A DNA stretch of 63,328 nucleotides, filler included. It is 8 parts of 8 records of this genome, joined end to end, with 100 filler letters (N's around TTAATTAATTAA, not from the genome) between each part and the next. Parts side by side here need not be neighbours in the genome. Positions count along the whole stretch, not along the records: positions 13,374 to 20,097 come from SRR2962707_3526; positions 20,198 to 29,949 come from SRR2962707_3527; 6 more parts are not named here. One strand, given 5' to 3'. Positions within the stretch are counted from its first letter, which is position 1. Each line of letters opens with the position of its first letter. The translations under genes were made by a program, and so were the position numbers. Below, piece after piece: positions 13,668 to 21,599 of this stretch. Under the pieces are notes generated by a model. That model saw nothing but the letters and a program-made list of their open reading frames with translations, had not been told where the DNA came from and made no database searches.

Positions 13668-13744
13668 GCGGTTTAATTTCCATCTCAATTATTGATGTTT
13701 TCTCATAAGCGAAGCGCCTCTTAATCTCTTTGTGAATTATCACT
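13668..13744 (+). repeat. ~80-bp direct repeat, copy A
   Basis: gcggtttaatttccatctcaattattgatgttttctcataagcgaagcgcctcttaatctctttgtgaattatcact; matches 19887-19972 apart from a few substitutions and a short indel. Confidence 0.9.
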
Positions 13745-13819
13745 ACATCTTAATCGAGTTGCTTTTAGTGCGACTGAAAGATAGCATTAAGCTCCACCCT
13801 AAATAATCATGGACGAATT

Positions 13820-13984
13820 TTGAAAGTTTGGCTTCTCCTCTTTTTGTGTATTTTTTCTATTGCTAGTCATGCAGCTATTAAAAGGCATGATGTTCCCGCT
13901 GAAAACTACTTATTAAATGATGCACCAGAATATCTCATTGACTTGCCTCACGAGGGACATCGAGTATTAATTAGAGAATTATGA
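13820..13984 (+). pseudogene. Truncated secreted trypsin-like (S1) serine protease, N-terminal 54 aa only
   Basis: TTG start; MKVWLLLFLCIFSIASHAAIKRHDVPAENYLLNDAPEYLIDLPHEGHRVLIREL*. Signal peptide plus the (I/V)xRHDV..LIDLPxEGHGVLI pattern of proteobacterial S1 proteases, ending before the catalytic-His motif. Confidence 0.6.
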
Positions 13985-14955
13985 AAAATTTAACACACCT
14001 ATTCATACTAGTGCTTTGTATTTTCTTTTTGTCAGGATGCACTTCAATGGGGAGTTACGTCATGTCTAACCCTGACGTGTATCTTTCTGAGACTGAACTT
14101 ATAAAAGTAAAGCCAAGTGAAATTGGTTTTAAAAAACATACTTTTTGCTCCGCTAATTCTTCGCAGTGCATTACATACTTGGCTGCTTCAGCTTATCAAG
14201 CTGCTGATTTTCCAACTGGAAGTGCCCCCTATTACAACCTTCATGCGACAGGTAATGGTGTTGAAAATACTATTTCACATAGAATGCCACCTGCTACATT
14301 TAATCGGTTTAAAGGCACCGCATTGCTACTACATGGTTACGGTGGTAGCAAAGAGGTAATGATGGCTACGGCTATCTATTTTAGAGCTCTTGGCATGGAC
14401 GTTGTGATCCCTGACCTATTTGGCCATGGAGAATCAACAGAAGCTTTTGCCTTCGCTGCAAAAGAACATACAATTTTAAACGAACTACTTGCACAGTTAT
14501 CTTTAAAACAAACAGATAAACGTACTATTGCAGTAGGTCATTCTATGGGAGCGCTTACAGCTACAAACCTGTTATCTTCAAAATACATTAACGCAGCTAT
14601 TTTACTGGCACCCATGATGAGCTTTGAGCTGGCCGCCAGAGAGTACTTACCTTACAAGTCTTCTCTACTGAATAAACTGTTTCAAAACCAGCTAGATGAT
14701 ATTGTTAATCAAACGATGACTAACGCAAAAGTAACGACTCAGGAAACTGACTTACTTTATAAGCTCAAAGGGACTGAGAAGCCTGTACTGCTAATAAACT
14801 CAAATGTAGATACCCTCTCACCCCCAGCTTATTTTTCGTCAATTCAAAATAAACTTGTAGAGAAAACTATATTTCAAAATCGATCACACTCAAGCTTAAT
14901 GGTGTTTGATAGTAATGATATAAGTGAAGTTGAACGCTGGTTGATGAAGTTATAA
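13981..14955 (+). CDS. Lipoprotein alpha/beta-fold hydrolase
   Basis: Lipobox FLSGC; LLHGYGG oxyanion motif; PDLFGHGES; GHSMG nucleophile elbow; C-terminal Asp/His candidates. Confidence 0.88.
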   Translation: MKNLTHLFILVLCIFFLSGCTSMGSYVMSNPDVYLSETELIKVKPSEIGFKKHTFCSANSSQCITYLAASAYQAADFPTGSAPYYNLHATGNGVENTISHRMPPATFNRFKGTALLLHGYGGSKEVMMATAIYFRALGMDVVIPDLFGHGESTEAFAFAAKEHTILNELLAQLSLKQTDKRTIAVGHSMGALTATNLLSSKYINAAILLAPMMSFELAAREYLPYKSSLLNKLFQNQLDDIVNQTMTNAKVTTQETDLLYKLKGTEKPVLLINSNVDTLSPPAYFSSIQNKLVEKTIFQNRSHSSLMVFDSNDISEVERWLMKL

Positions 14956-14961
14956 AAGCAA

Positions 14962-14988
14962 TTTCGTTTCACTCTACCCAACCTACGC
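14962..14988 (-). repeat. Truncated GTAG-family REP copy
   Basis: tttcgtttcactctacccaacctacgc, 26/27 identical to 20071-20097; lacks one palindrome arm. Confidence 0.7.
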
Positions 14989-15163
14989 GTGTGACATAAA
15001 AGCAGCGCGAGGTAAACTCGAACCTACAACACCACACTCCCCTATTTCCTAGTTACCTAGCACCTTTAGCCTTGTAAATAGCTCCTGTGGCTTTAATTTA
15101 AAGTGAGTTAATCTCTTCTTTTTTAGCGCTTACTTGGATGTAACAGTGCGACTAAAGCAAATA

Positions 15164-15195
15164 ACCATTTAGCATTGAAAAGCGACCATTCAGCA
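15164..15195 (+). promoter_or_regulatory. Putative LytTR-binding direct repeat
   Basis: ACCATTTAGCA (15164-15174) and ACCATTCAGCA (15185-15195), 21-bp period, ~60 bp upstream of the lytS/lytTR operon. Confidence 0.7.
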
Positions 15196-15256
15196 ATATT
15201 CAGGGTGCTTTTCGACGCTAAATGCGTACCATGAACATATTCATTAACTACTTGTA

Positions 15257-16285
15257 TTGATCATGGCCAATCTCACATTGCAGCGAAACGAACATTTCAT
15301 AATTTTAGCCATCGTTGCCGCCATAAGCTTTGCAATCAGCCTTACTGATTGGGTGCAGCGGGGCATGTTGTTGTCGGCAAATATCGCGCTTTCTTCTATT
15401 TTGGCTGTTGTGCTGCTCTACTGGCTACCTATGATGATAAGTTACGTACTCATCATTCGTTTCAATATAAGCAATTGGCCGCTGCAATATATTGGTTTTT
15501 ACGGGTTGATGGTAATGGGCTGCTTATGTTGGGGTGTACTCAGGAGTGGAATGTTAAATACCCATGCATTTTCACTGTTTGAGGCGCTAACCATCGCACT
15601 GCCTTGGTCTAGCGGTATTTTTATGGTGGTTAAGTTCTACCTTTCCCAAAAGTTGCTAAAACAAGAAAAACAGCTTCGCCAACTTGCTGAAATTAAGTTA
15701 TTACACAGCCAGTTAAACCCGCACTTTATGTTCAACAGCCTCAACACAATCGCAGCCTTTGTACCAAAACAACCAGAAGTAGCACAGTCTTTGGTTCATA
15801 ACCTCGCTGCGGTATTAAGGTATTCATTAACGCATTCAGTAACAAACGGAAAAATACCGAGCAAAGTATCCGTTGCTGATGAGCTTATTGCACTAAATCA
15901 ATGGTGTGAGATAGAGCAAAACCGATTTGGGGATGCGCTTATTATCGACTTTGATATCGACGACGCGCTGTTGAGCGAAGTAATACCGCCAATGATTTTA
16001 CAGCCGATTTTGGAAAATGCAGTAAAACATGGCAACAGCAGGCCGCTTCACATTGATGTATTAATCAAAAGGGTAGCGAACCAGTTAGTGTTTAAAATCA
16101 GTGACAACGGGATGGGCTTTAAGGAGCAGGACATATTGGGTTCGTCAAACGCGGGACTCGGCCTTTCGATCACCCGCTCACGGTTAAAATTGGAAGAAAA
16201 TGCCGAACTTAAGCTTTGTAACGACATGCACACTGGCGGTGCAGTTGTCAGCTTTTCACTCACACGAGGAACAAAGGAATGTTGA
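15257..16285 (+). CDS. LytS/YehU-family sensor histidine kinase
   Basis: N-terminal hydrophobic helices; H-box LHSQLNPHFMFNSLNTI; LQPILENAVKHG; DNGMG; GLGL. Start may be ATG 15263. Confidence 0.93.
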   Translation: MIMANLTLQRNEHFIILAIVAAISFAISLTDWVQRGMLLSANIALSSILAVVLLYWLPMMISYVLIIRFNISNWPLQYIGFYGLMVMGCLCWGVLRSGMLNTHAFSLFEALTIALPWSSGIFMVVKFYLSQKLLKQEKQLRQLAEIKLLHSQLNPHFMFNSLNTIAAFVPKQPEVAQSLVHNLAAVLRYSLTHSVTNGKIPSKVSVADELIALNQWCEIEQNRFGDALIIDFDIDDALLSEVIPPMILQPILENAVKHGNSRPLHIDVLIKRVANQLVFKISDNGMGFKEQDILGSSNAGLGLSITRSRLKLEENAELKLCNDMHTGGAVVSFSLTRGTKEC

Positions 16286-16989
16286 ACATTGCGATTGTGG
16301 AAGATGAACAACCTGCCATTGATAAGTTAACTGAACAACTTGGCCAGATCACTAAGCACAATCTAGTATTAACTTGTAACACGGCATTAGCATTTCTTGA
16401 TGAATATCAAGAAGTTGTGATAGATATTGTGTTTGTAGATATTAACTTGCCCGAATGCAATGGTGTCACTTTGGTCGAAGAACTACAAGAGGTGGGGTTT
16501 TCAGGTGCGATAATTTTTACCACGGCTTACAGTGAGTTTGCGGTTGAAGCCTTTACGCTCGGTGCGGTTGATTATCTGCTCAAACCGTATAGTACTGAAC
16601 GCCTAGCGCTCGCTTTATCGAGAGTCAATCGTGTTATAACGACAGGGTCAGTCGCTACTTTAACGAGTAAGATAGCGGGGAAAACATCGCTAATTGATGT
16701 CAGTAATATCGAACTTATAAAGCTGGAATACGGTCAAGCCATCGCGTTTAGCAATGGACAACAATATCCCATTGATGGCTCCCTTGAGGAGATCCAACAC
16801 CAATTGCCAACACATTTCTTAAGAGTTCACCGTCATGCCATTGTAAACCAAAGTGCGATAACTGCTTTTGAACGTTGGGTTACAGGGGGTTACCTTGTCA
16901 AATTACGTGATAGCAATTTGCAAGTTGTGACCAGCCGTGGCGGTGCAAAACTACTCAAACAACAACTGAGCAACACAGGGCTCAGCTAA
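16279..16989 (+). CDS. LytTR-family response regulator
   Basis: REC (IVEDE, VFVDINLP, FTTAY, DYLLKP) + LytTR (FLRVHRHAIVN, VVTSR); overlaps the kinase stop. Confidence 0.95.
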   Translation: MLNIAIVEDEQPAIDKLTEQLGQITKHNLVLTCNTALAFLDEYQEVVIDIVFVDINLPECNGVTLVEELQEVGFSGAIIFTTAYSEFAVEAFTLGAVDYLLKPYSTERLALALSRVNRVITTGSVATLTSKIAGKTSLIDVSNIELIKLEYGQAIAFSNGQQYPIDGSLEEIQHQLPTHFLRVHRHAIVNQSAITAFERWVTGGYLVKLRDSNLQVVTSRGGAKLLKQQLSNTGLS

Positions 16990-17007
16990 CTCAAAAAAGG
17001 TAATAAA

Positions 17008-17862
17008 ATGATTAAAATTATGATGCCATTTTCTTTGGTAGGGCTTCTTGCGGCCTGTTCAAATGCGACTATTCCTGATATTAAGCGCCAGTTTATCGAC
17101 GATGGTCAGACTCACCCACTGGTTGTGGTGTTAGGTGGCAGCGAAGGGGGAAATACACTCGCTAATCCTCAGTGGCAACCATTTTTAGATGGCTTTAATG
17201 ATATTGGTATCTCAGTCGCGGCACTTGGTTATTATGGCACTGATAATACACCGAACAGTGCAGCTGAATTATCTTTGGATGGCATAGCCAAACGGATAAA
17301 AGCATTGAGTGCAGACCCAAAGATAAACCAAAACTGCGTGGCGGTATATGGCTTTTCTAAAGGAGCAGAGCTTGCATTGTTACTCGGTGCGCACTTTGAG
17401 GAGATAAACCATGTTGTGTCCATCATGCCTAGTCACATAAGCTGGAATGCTGTTAAGACCTTGTCTTCTCGCTCGAGTTGGACGCTCAGCGGCAATGCTC
17501 TGGACTACATTGATGCACCACTGCTGTCATGGAAAATGCAAAAGGGGAATGTAACGGGTGAGTTTACACCTGCCTTTGAGGCTGCATTGGCTGAGGCAAC
17601 TCCTGAAGCAATTGCAGCCGCTCGTATCCCGGTTGAAAAAACCAATGGGCCAGTGCTACTGGTCTCTGCCAAACACGATGAAATTTGGCCATCGTACACA
17701 ATGGCTGGATATATAGAAGCTGGTTTACATGAAGCTAGTTTCTCTCATCCATTTAAACATATCGCACTTAATTCGGGTCACTACAGTTTTAACAAAAAAG
17801 TGAAAACTGAGGTAAATCAATTTTTAAGCGAAACCTTGGTAGCACGTTGCGCGAATAAGTAG
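17008..17862 (+). CDS. Lipoprotein acyl-CoA thioester hydrolase/BAAT C-terminal-like alpha/beta hydrolase
   Basis: Lipobox LLAAC; LGGSEGG; GFSKGAELAL; RIPVEK..GPVLLVSA..DEIWPS; GH; SD aagg upstream. Confidence 0.88.
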   Translation: MIKIMMPFSLVGLLAACSNATIPDIKRQFIDDGQTHPLVVVLGGSEGGNTLANPQWQPFLDGFNDIGISVAALGYYGTDNTPNSAAELSLDGIAKRIKALSADPKINQNCVAVYGFSKGAELALLLGAHFEEINHVVSIMPSHISWNAVKTLSSRSSWTLSGNALDYIDAPLLSWKMQKGNVTGEFTPAFEAALAEATPEAIAAARIPVEKTNGPVLLVSAKHDEIWPSYTMAGYIEAGLHEASFSHPFKHIALNSGHYSFNKKVKTEVNQFLSETLVARCANK

Positions 17863-17911
17863 TAATGAATTAACCCAGTTTTTATATTCTTTGTCGTTGC
17901 AAAGTTTATCG

Positions 17912-17942
17912 AGCTGCAGGTAGCGTTGTGCCTGCAGCTTTT
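17912..17942 (+). terminator. Intrinsic terminator
   Basis: AGCTGCAGG..CCTGCAGCT stem followed by a T-run, ~50 nt after the hydrolase stop. Confidence 0.7.
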
Positions 17943-18081
17943 AATCACTTTTTGTATTTTGCCGGTGTGATCTGAAACTCTAATAAGATGAGATTGATCA
18001 GCATAGTCGCAATCTAGTAATAATGATCGAAGTCTTTCTTTTTGTGCTTATTGACTTGTATTCCGTTGAGTGGTTAGAAAC

Positions 18082-18106
18082 TGAGCTTCCCCTGATAAAG
18101 TAGACA
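18082..18106 (+). mobile_element. Possible isolated IS3-family terminal inverted repeat
   Basis: TGAGCTTCCCCTGATAAAGTAGACA has the 5'-TG..CCCC..GACA shape of IS3/IS150-group ends; no transposase adjacent. Confidence 0.4.
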
Positions 18107-18476
18107 TTGAGTGGCTAGTTGATTTAACTCGTACCATCTAAGTAATATAATAAAAGAAGCTTTTATATAAAAACAACCTCCCCTTCTAATAATACTTATA
18201 TTTAGCAATAACTTACCCTTTACTATTAATAGAAAATACTAAAATAAGAATGTTACCAAGTTAAGATAAAAAATGCTCTCTGATAAAGCTGTTACATTCA
18301 CTTGACCATTATGAGCAAGTATACTTTCATCAAAATTAAAATAAGCCATTGAATAATAGCAATTTTATTTATTAAATTGCAAACAACTGTGATATATGCA
18401 ATATTACAGACTACAAGTGTAATCTAACCGTACTTTTTATTTACAGGCATGCTAGATGATTAAGGGAACATAGTTT

Positions 18477-19846
18477 ATGGGAAAAAATATATTTTTTTGT
18501 CTTTGTATAGGGTTGTATGGAATAAAAACTATCGCACAACAACACAACTTTGCTGAATTAATGCAGTGCCATAACTCTTCAGAAGCCCCAGGTATGGCTG
18601 TTAGGTTAGAACAGTCAGGTAAACATATTTATAGTGGTGCAGTTGGTTTGGCAAATATTAATACTGAGAGGCCTCTTAACGTAGATGATATATTTCAAAT
18701 AGGTTCTGTCACGAAAACATTTACTGCTGTAGCAATCTTGAAACTATCGGAAGAAAAAAACTATCGTTACAAGATACATTAGCGAAATTTATTCCTGATA
18801 TTAACCCTGAGTTTAGATACTTAACGATTGATAGAATTTTAAGCCATACTTCTGGTCTGCCAGATTACTTAGGGGACCCTTCAGTAAGTAAAATTTATGA
18901 TAAATATGCTTCTATTGATCAAGTTATACAAAGTATAAGTAAACAACCTCTTAACTCAGAGCCTGGTAAAAAATATAGTTATTCAAATTTGGGTTACGTC
19001 TTTCTGGGAAAAGTCATTGAAATTGCTTCTGGGACTCCATATGACCAGTTCATGTCCAACACATTTTTTAAACCTCTGAAAATGGATAATACTTTTGTTA
19101 TTACTAAAGGAACATCTGCTGGGGAAGTAAACGGCTACACTACTAGTCGTAATGAGCCTAAAAAGTATATTAATCCGGAAGATTCAACAGAAAGGCGATG
19201 GAATGTTGATCGTAGTTGGATCTATTCTGCGGGCGCTATTGCTTCTACACTTGCTGATATGCACCTTTGGCAAAATGCATTAAAGTCAGGGCAGATAATT
19301 TCAAAAGAAAACTATAATCTAATGACCTCCAAGGCATTATTAAATAATAATGCGCATGTGGATTATGGATATGGCTTAGATATATACAAAATAAGTGGAT
19401 TAGATAGCTTTAGCCACCAAGGTCAGGTTCCCGGATTTTTTGCTTGGCATGTCTATTTTCCAAATGAAGATTTAATCGCTACAGCGTTAACCAACATCGA
19501 CACAAAACACCCAGGCCCCGCTTTATTAGACATGATAGCACTACAACTAAATTTATCCCCTAAGCCAGTAAATAGTCAAAAAATAAAGGCTATAGCAGCA
19601 TCTTTAGTTGGCAGTTATCGTTCTTCCGATTCAAAAACTTTAACCATTTCGTTCGAAAAAGGTACACTTTATTCTCAATATGAAGGTGAAAATAAACTAA
19701 AAATCATACCACGGGAAAACAACTCGTATTCTTATGAGTGTACTGAAAATTACTTTCAGCTTAGAGAAAATAATGGGAAGCATGAAATCGTCCCAGTGTA
19801 TTTATATCAAGGTGAGCAAGATGCACTTGTTAAATTAGAATTATGA
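18477..19846 (+). pseudogene. Secreted serine hydrolase (AmpC/beta-lactamase-like fold), split by a single-base frameshift
   Basis: FQIGSVTKTF (SxxK) in frame 1. Adding one A to the A7 run at 18754-18760 gives EEKKLSLQD..LSHTSGLPDY..YSYSNLGY..HQGQVPGF, open to 19846 (456 aa). Confidence 0.85.
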
Positions 19847-19886
19847 AAAATAGACTAAGGTTATCAACGGTTGCTCATAACACTAG

Positions 19887-19972
19887 GCGGTCTAATTTCC
19901 ACCTCAATTATTGATGTTTTTAATATTTTTCATAAGCGAAGCGCCTCTTAACCTCTTTGTGAATAAGTCACT
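19887..19972 (+). repeat. ~80-bp direct repeat, copy B
   Basis: gcggtctaatttccacctcaattattgatgtttttaatatttttcataagcgaagcgcctcttaacctctttgtgaataagtcact. Confidence 0.9.
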
Positions 19973-20064
19973 TAAATGGCTTTTCCAAAATTCAGAATAC
20001 ACCGAAGAAATAAAAACACTCGATAATGCCTTGTTTCTATTGCAGGCTGACAGGGTGTTTTTTC

Positions 20065-20095
20065 GTTGGGTTTCGTTGCACTCTACCCAACCTAC
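20065..20095 (-). repeat. GTAG-family REP (repetitive extragenic palindrome)
   Basis: Minus strand reads GTAG-GTTGGGT-AGAGTGCAACGAA-ACCCAAC: GTAG tetranucleotide plus hairpin. The contig breaks 2 nt later. Confidence 0.75.
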
Positions 20096-20097
20096 GC

Positions 20098-20197
20098 NNN
20101 NNNNNNNNNNNNNNNNNNNNNNNNNNNNNNNNNNNNNNNNNTTAATTAATTAANNNNNNNNNNNNNNNNNNNNNNNNNNNNNNNNNNNNNNNNNNNN
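20098..20197. other. Artificial contig spacer
   Basis: N-run + TTAATTAATTAA + N-run. Confidence 0.99.
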
Positions 20198-20371
20198 TTT
20201 TTTTTTTTTTTTTTTTTTTTCCTTCGTGTTTCTTCTGCCCCGCTTTTCGGCTCTGCTCGTCGTTTTCTGTCCCGTTTTTGAACTCGTTTGTTGCTTGGTT
20301 TTCGCAGGCAACGTTTCGCGCACGCATCTAACGCCGCATACAAACGCACCTTACAGCCGAACGTGCGTGCA

Positions 20372-21346
20372 ATGTCTTCGTCAAACGCTGGAAGAAGCAT
20401 GCTGGGAGGAGCTGCTGGCGTAGCGGTGTTGACAGTATTGGCAGGGGGCGGGGCATTTGCAATTGATCCTGACCATGCGGCTAACATCACAGTCTATCAC
20501 ATCAACCCCGTCGAGTTCGGCCCGATACCGTTGAACATGGACGTGGCTGACGCAGCTGGAGACTTGTTCTTCGACTTGTTTGAAGTCATGGCGTATCCCA
20601 TCGCCTGTCCCAACGGCTCTGCCACGCCGCACTCGATGAACTGTGACAACCTGGAGTCGCATGGGGATTTGGTTGTCAATCAGCTGACCCTGGAAGTCGA
20701 CACACGGTTTTCCGAGTATGCAATGTGCAACATCGGCCACAATGGAACCGACGGCCACCATCACGATTGCAAAGACGACACGTACTGCTGTTTCTGCGGC
20801 GGTTGGAATGCGCCACCTGTCCCTTGTCACGAAACCGTCGGATTTGAAAACGTGACCGAAAAGTTCAGTGGTTTCCACCACCGATGTTACACCACCACGG
20901 ACCAGCAAGAATTGGCCGAGTGCTGGTCCGTCATGTCGGTTCACAAAATGGGCGGTGCTGACTACTACGGAGGATGGTACAGCCCGCTGGATGTTGGGTG
21001 TGCGGACCCTGTCAACCCCACAGAGAATTGCACCTGGCGTGTGGTTTCCACAAATGCTATCATTAACCGTACTTGCCACACGGAACAGTTCTTTTCCGCC
21101 GTTGCAAGCTATAACCACACCTGCTTCAACGAATGCCCGCCAGTTGCCCCAGGCGATTCGAAGTTGAATGACTTTTGCAACTTGCAGTGTTTCTATCAAA
21201 CAGCGCTTTCTCCTGACATCGGCGACCCTTCTGCCGAGGTCAACATGACAACCGGCATTCCAACACCACAACTGGTGCAGGCCTGGCTCTCGGGCTTTCG
21301 GCCAGAAGCAGAAGGTGGCTGCCCACGGCTGCCAAATCCGATGTAG
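20372..21346 (+). CDS. Intronless secreted cysteine-rich glycoprotein of unknown function (eukaryotic)
   Basis: ATG 20372; hydrophobic leader ending AFA|ID; 18 Cys; 8 N-X-S/T sequons; C/G-ending codon bias. Confidence 0.8.
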   Translation: MSSSNAGRSMLGGAAGVAVLTVLAGGGAFAIDPDHAANITVYHINPVEFGPIPLNMDVADAAGDLFFDLFEVMAYPIACPNGSATPHSMNCDNLESHGDLVVNQLTLEVDTRFSEYAMCNIGHNGTDGHHHDCKDDTYCCFCGGWNAPPVPCHETVGFENVTEKFSGFHHRCYTTTDQQELAECWSVMSVHKMGGADYYGGWYSPLDVGCADPVNPTENCTWRVVSTNAIINRTCHTEQFFSAVASYNHTCFNECPPVAPGDSKLNDFCNLQCFYQTALSPDIGDPSAEVNMTTGIPTPQLVQAWLSGFRPEAEGGCPRLPNPM

Positions 21347-21599
21347 ACTTTTGAATTTTACCAAATTCGCATGAACATCGCGTTGTGAATTTTTTGATTG
21401 TACAAGAAACACCATTCTGCTCTACGTGCGTGAGAGTGTGTCAGCTGTGCCAGTGTTATATTAACATGTAAAATTCTTCGTGGCAGAATTCTTATTTTCA
21501 TTAAACAATCAATAATGTTGGCGTAGGGTCATCTGTGTTTTGAGAGTATGCTATGCGGTATGCCTTGCCACCCATCACTCACTCTATTTCTCCACTCCC

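Noticed and set aside
13603-13743. N-terminal part of ORF 13402-13743 as transposase sequence
   Set aside because: It is read-through across non-coding repeat A; IS91 similarity begins only at YSKACL
13374-20097. Integron cassette array
   Set aside because: Genes are co-oriented and cassette-like, but no complete attC (RYYYAAC..GTTRRRY with internal symmetry) and no intI are visible
19911-20097. 80-aa ORF
   Set aside because: Overlaps repeat B and the REP, runs into the spacer, and has no protein features
20381-21415. 344-aa antisense ORF
   Set aside because: Shadow of the codon-biased plus-strand gene
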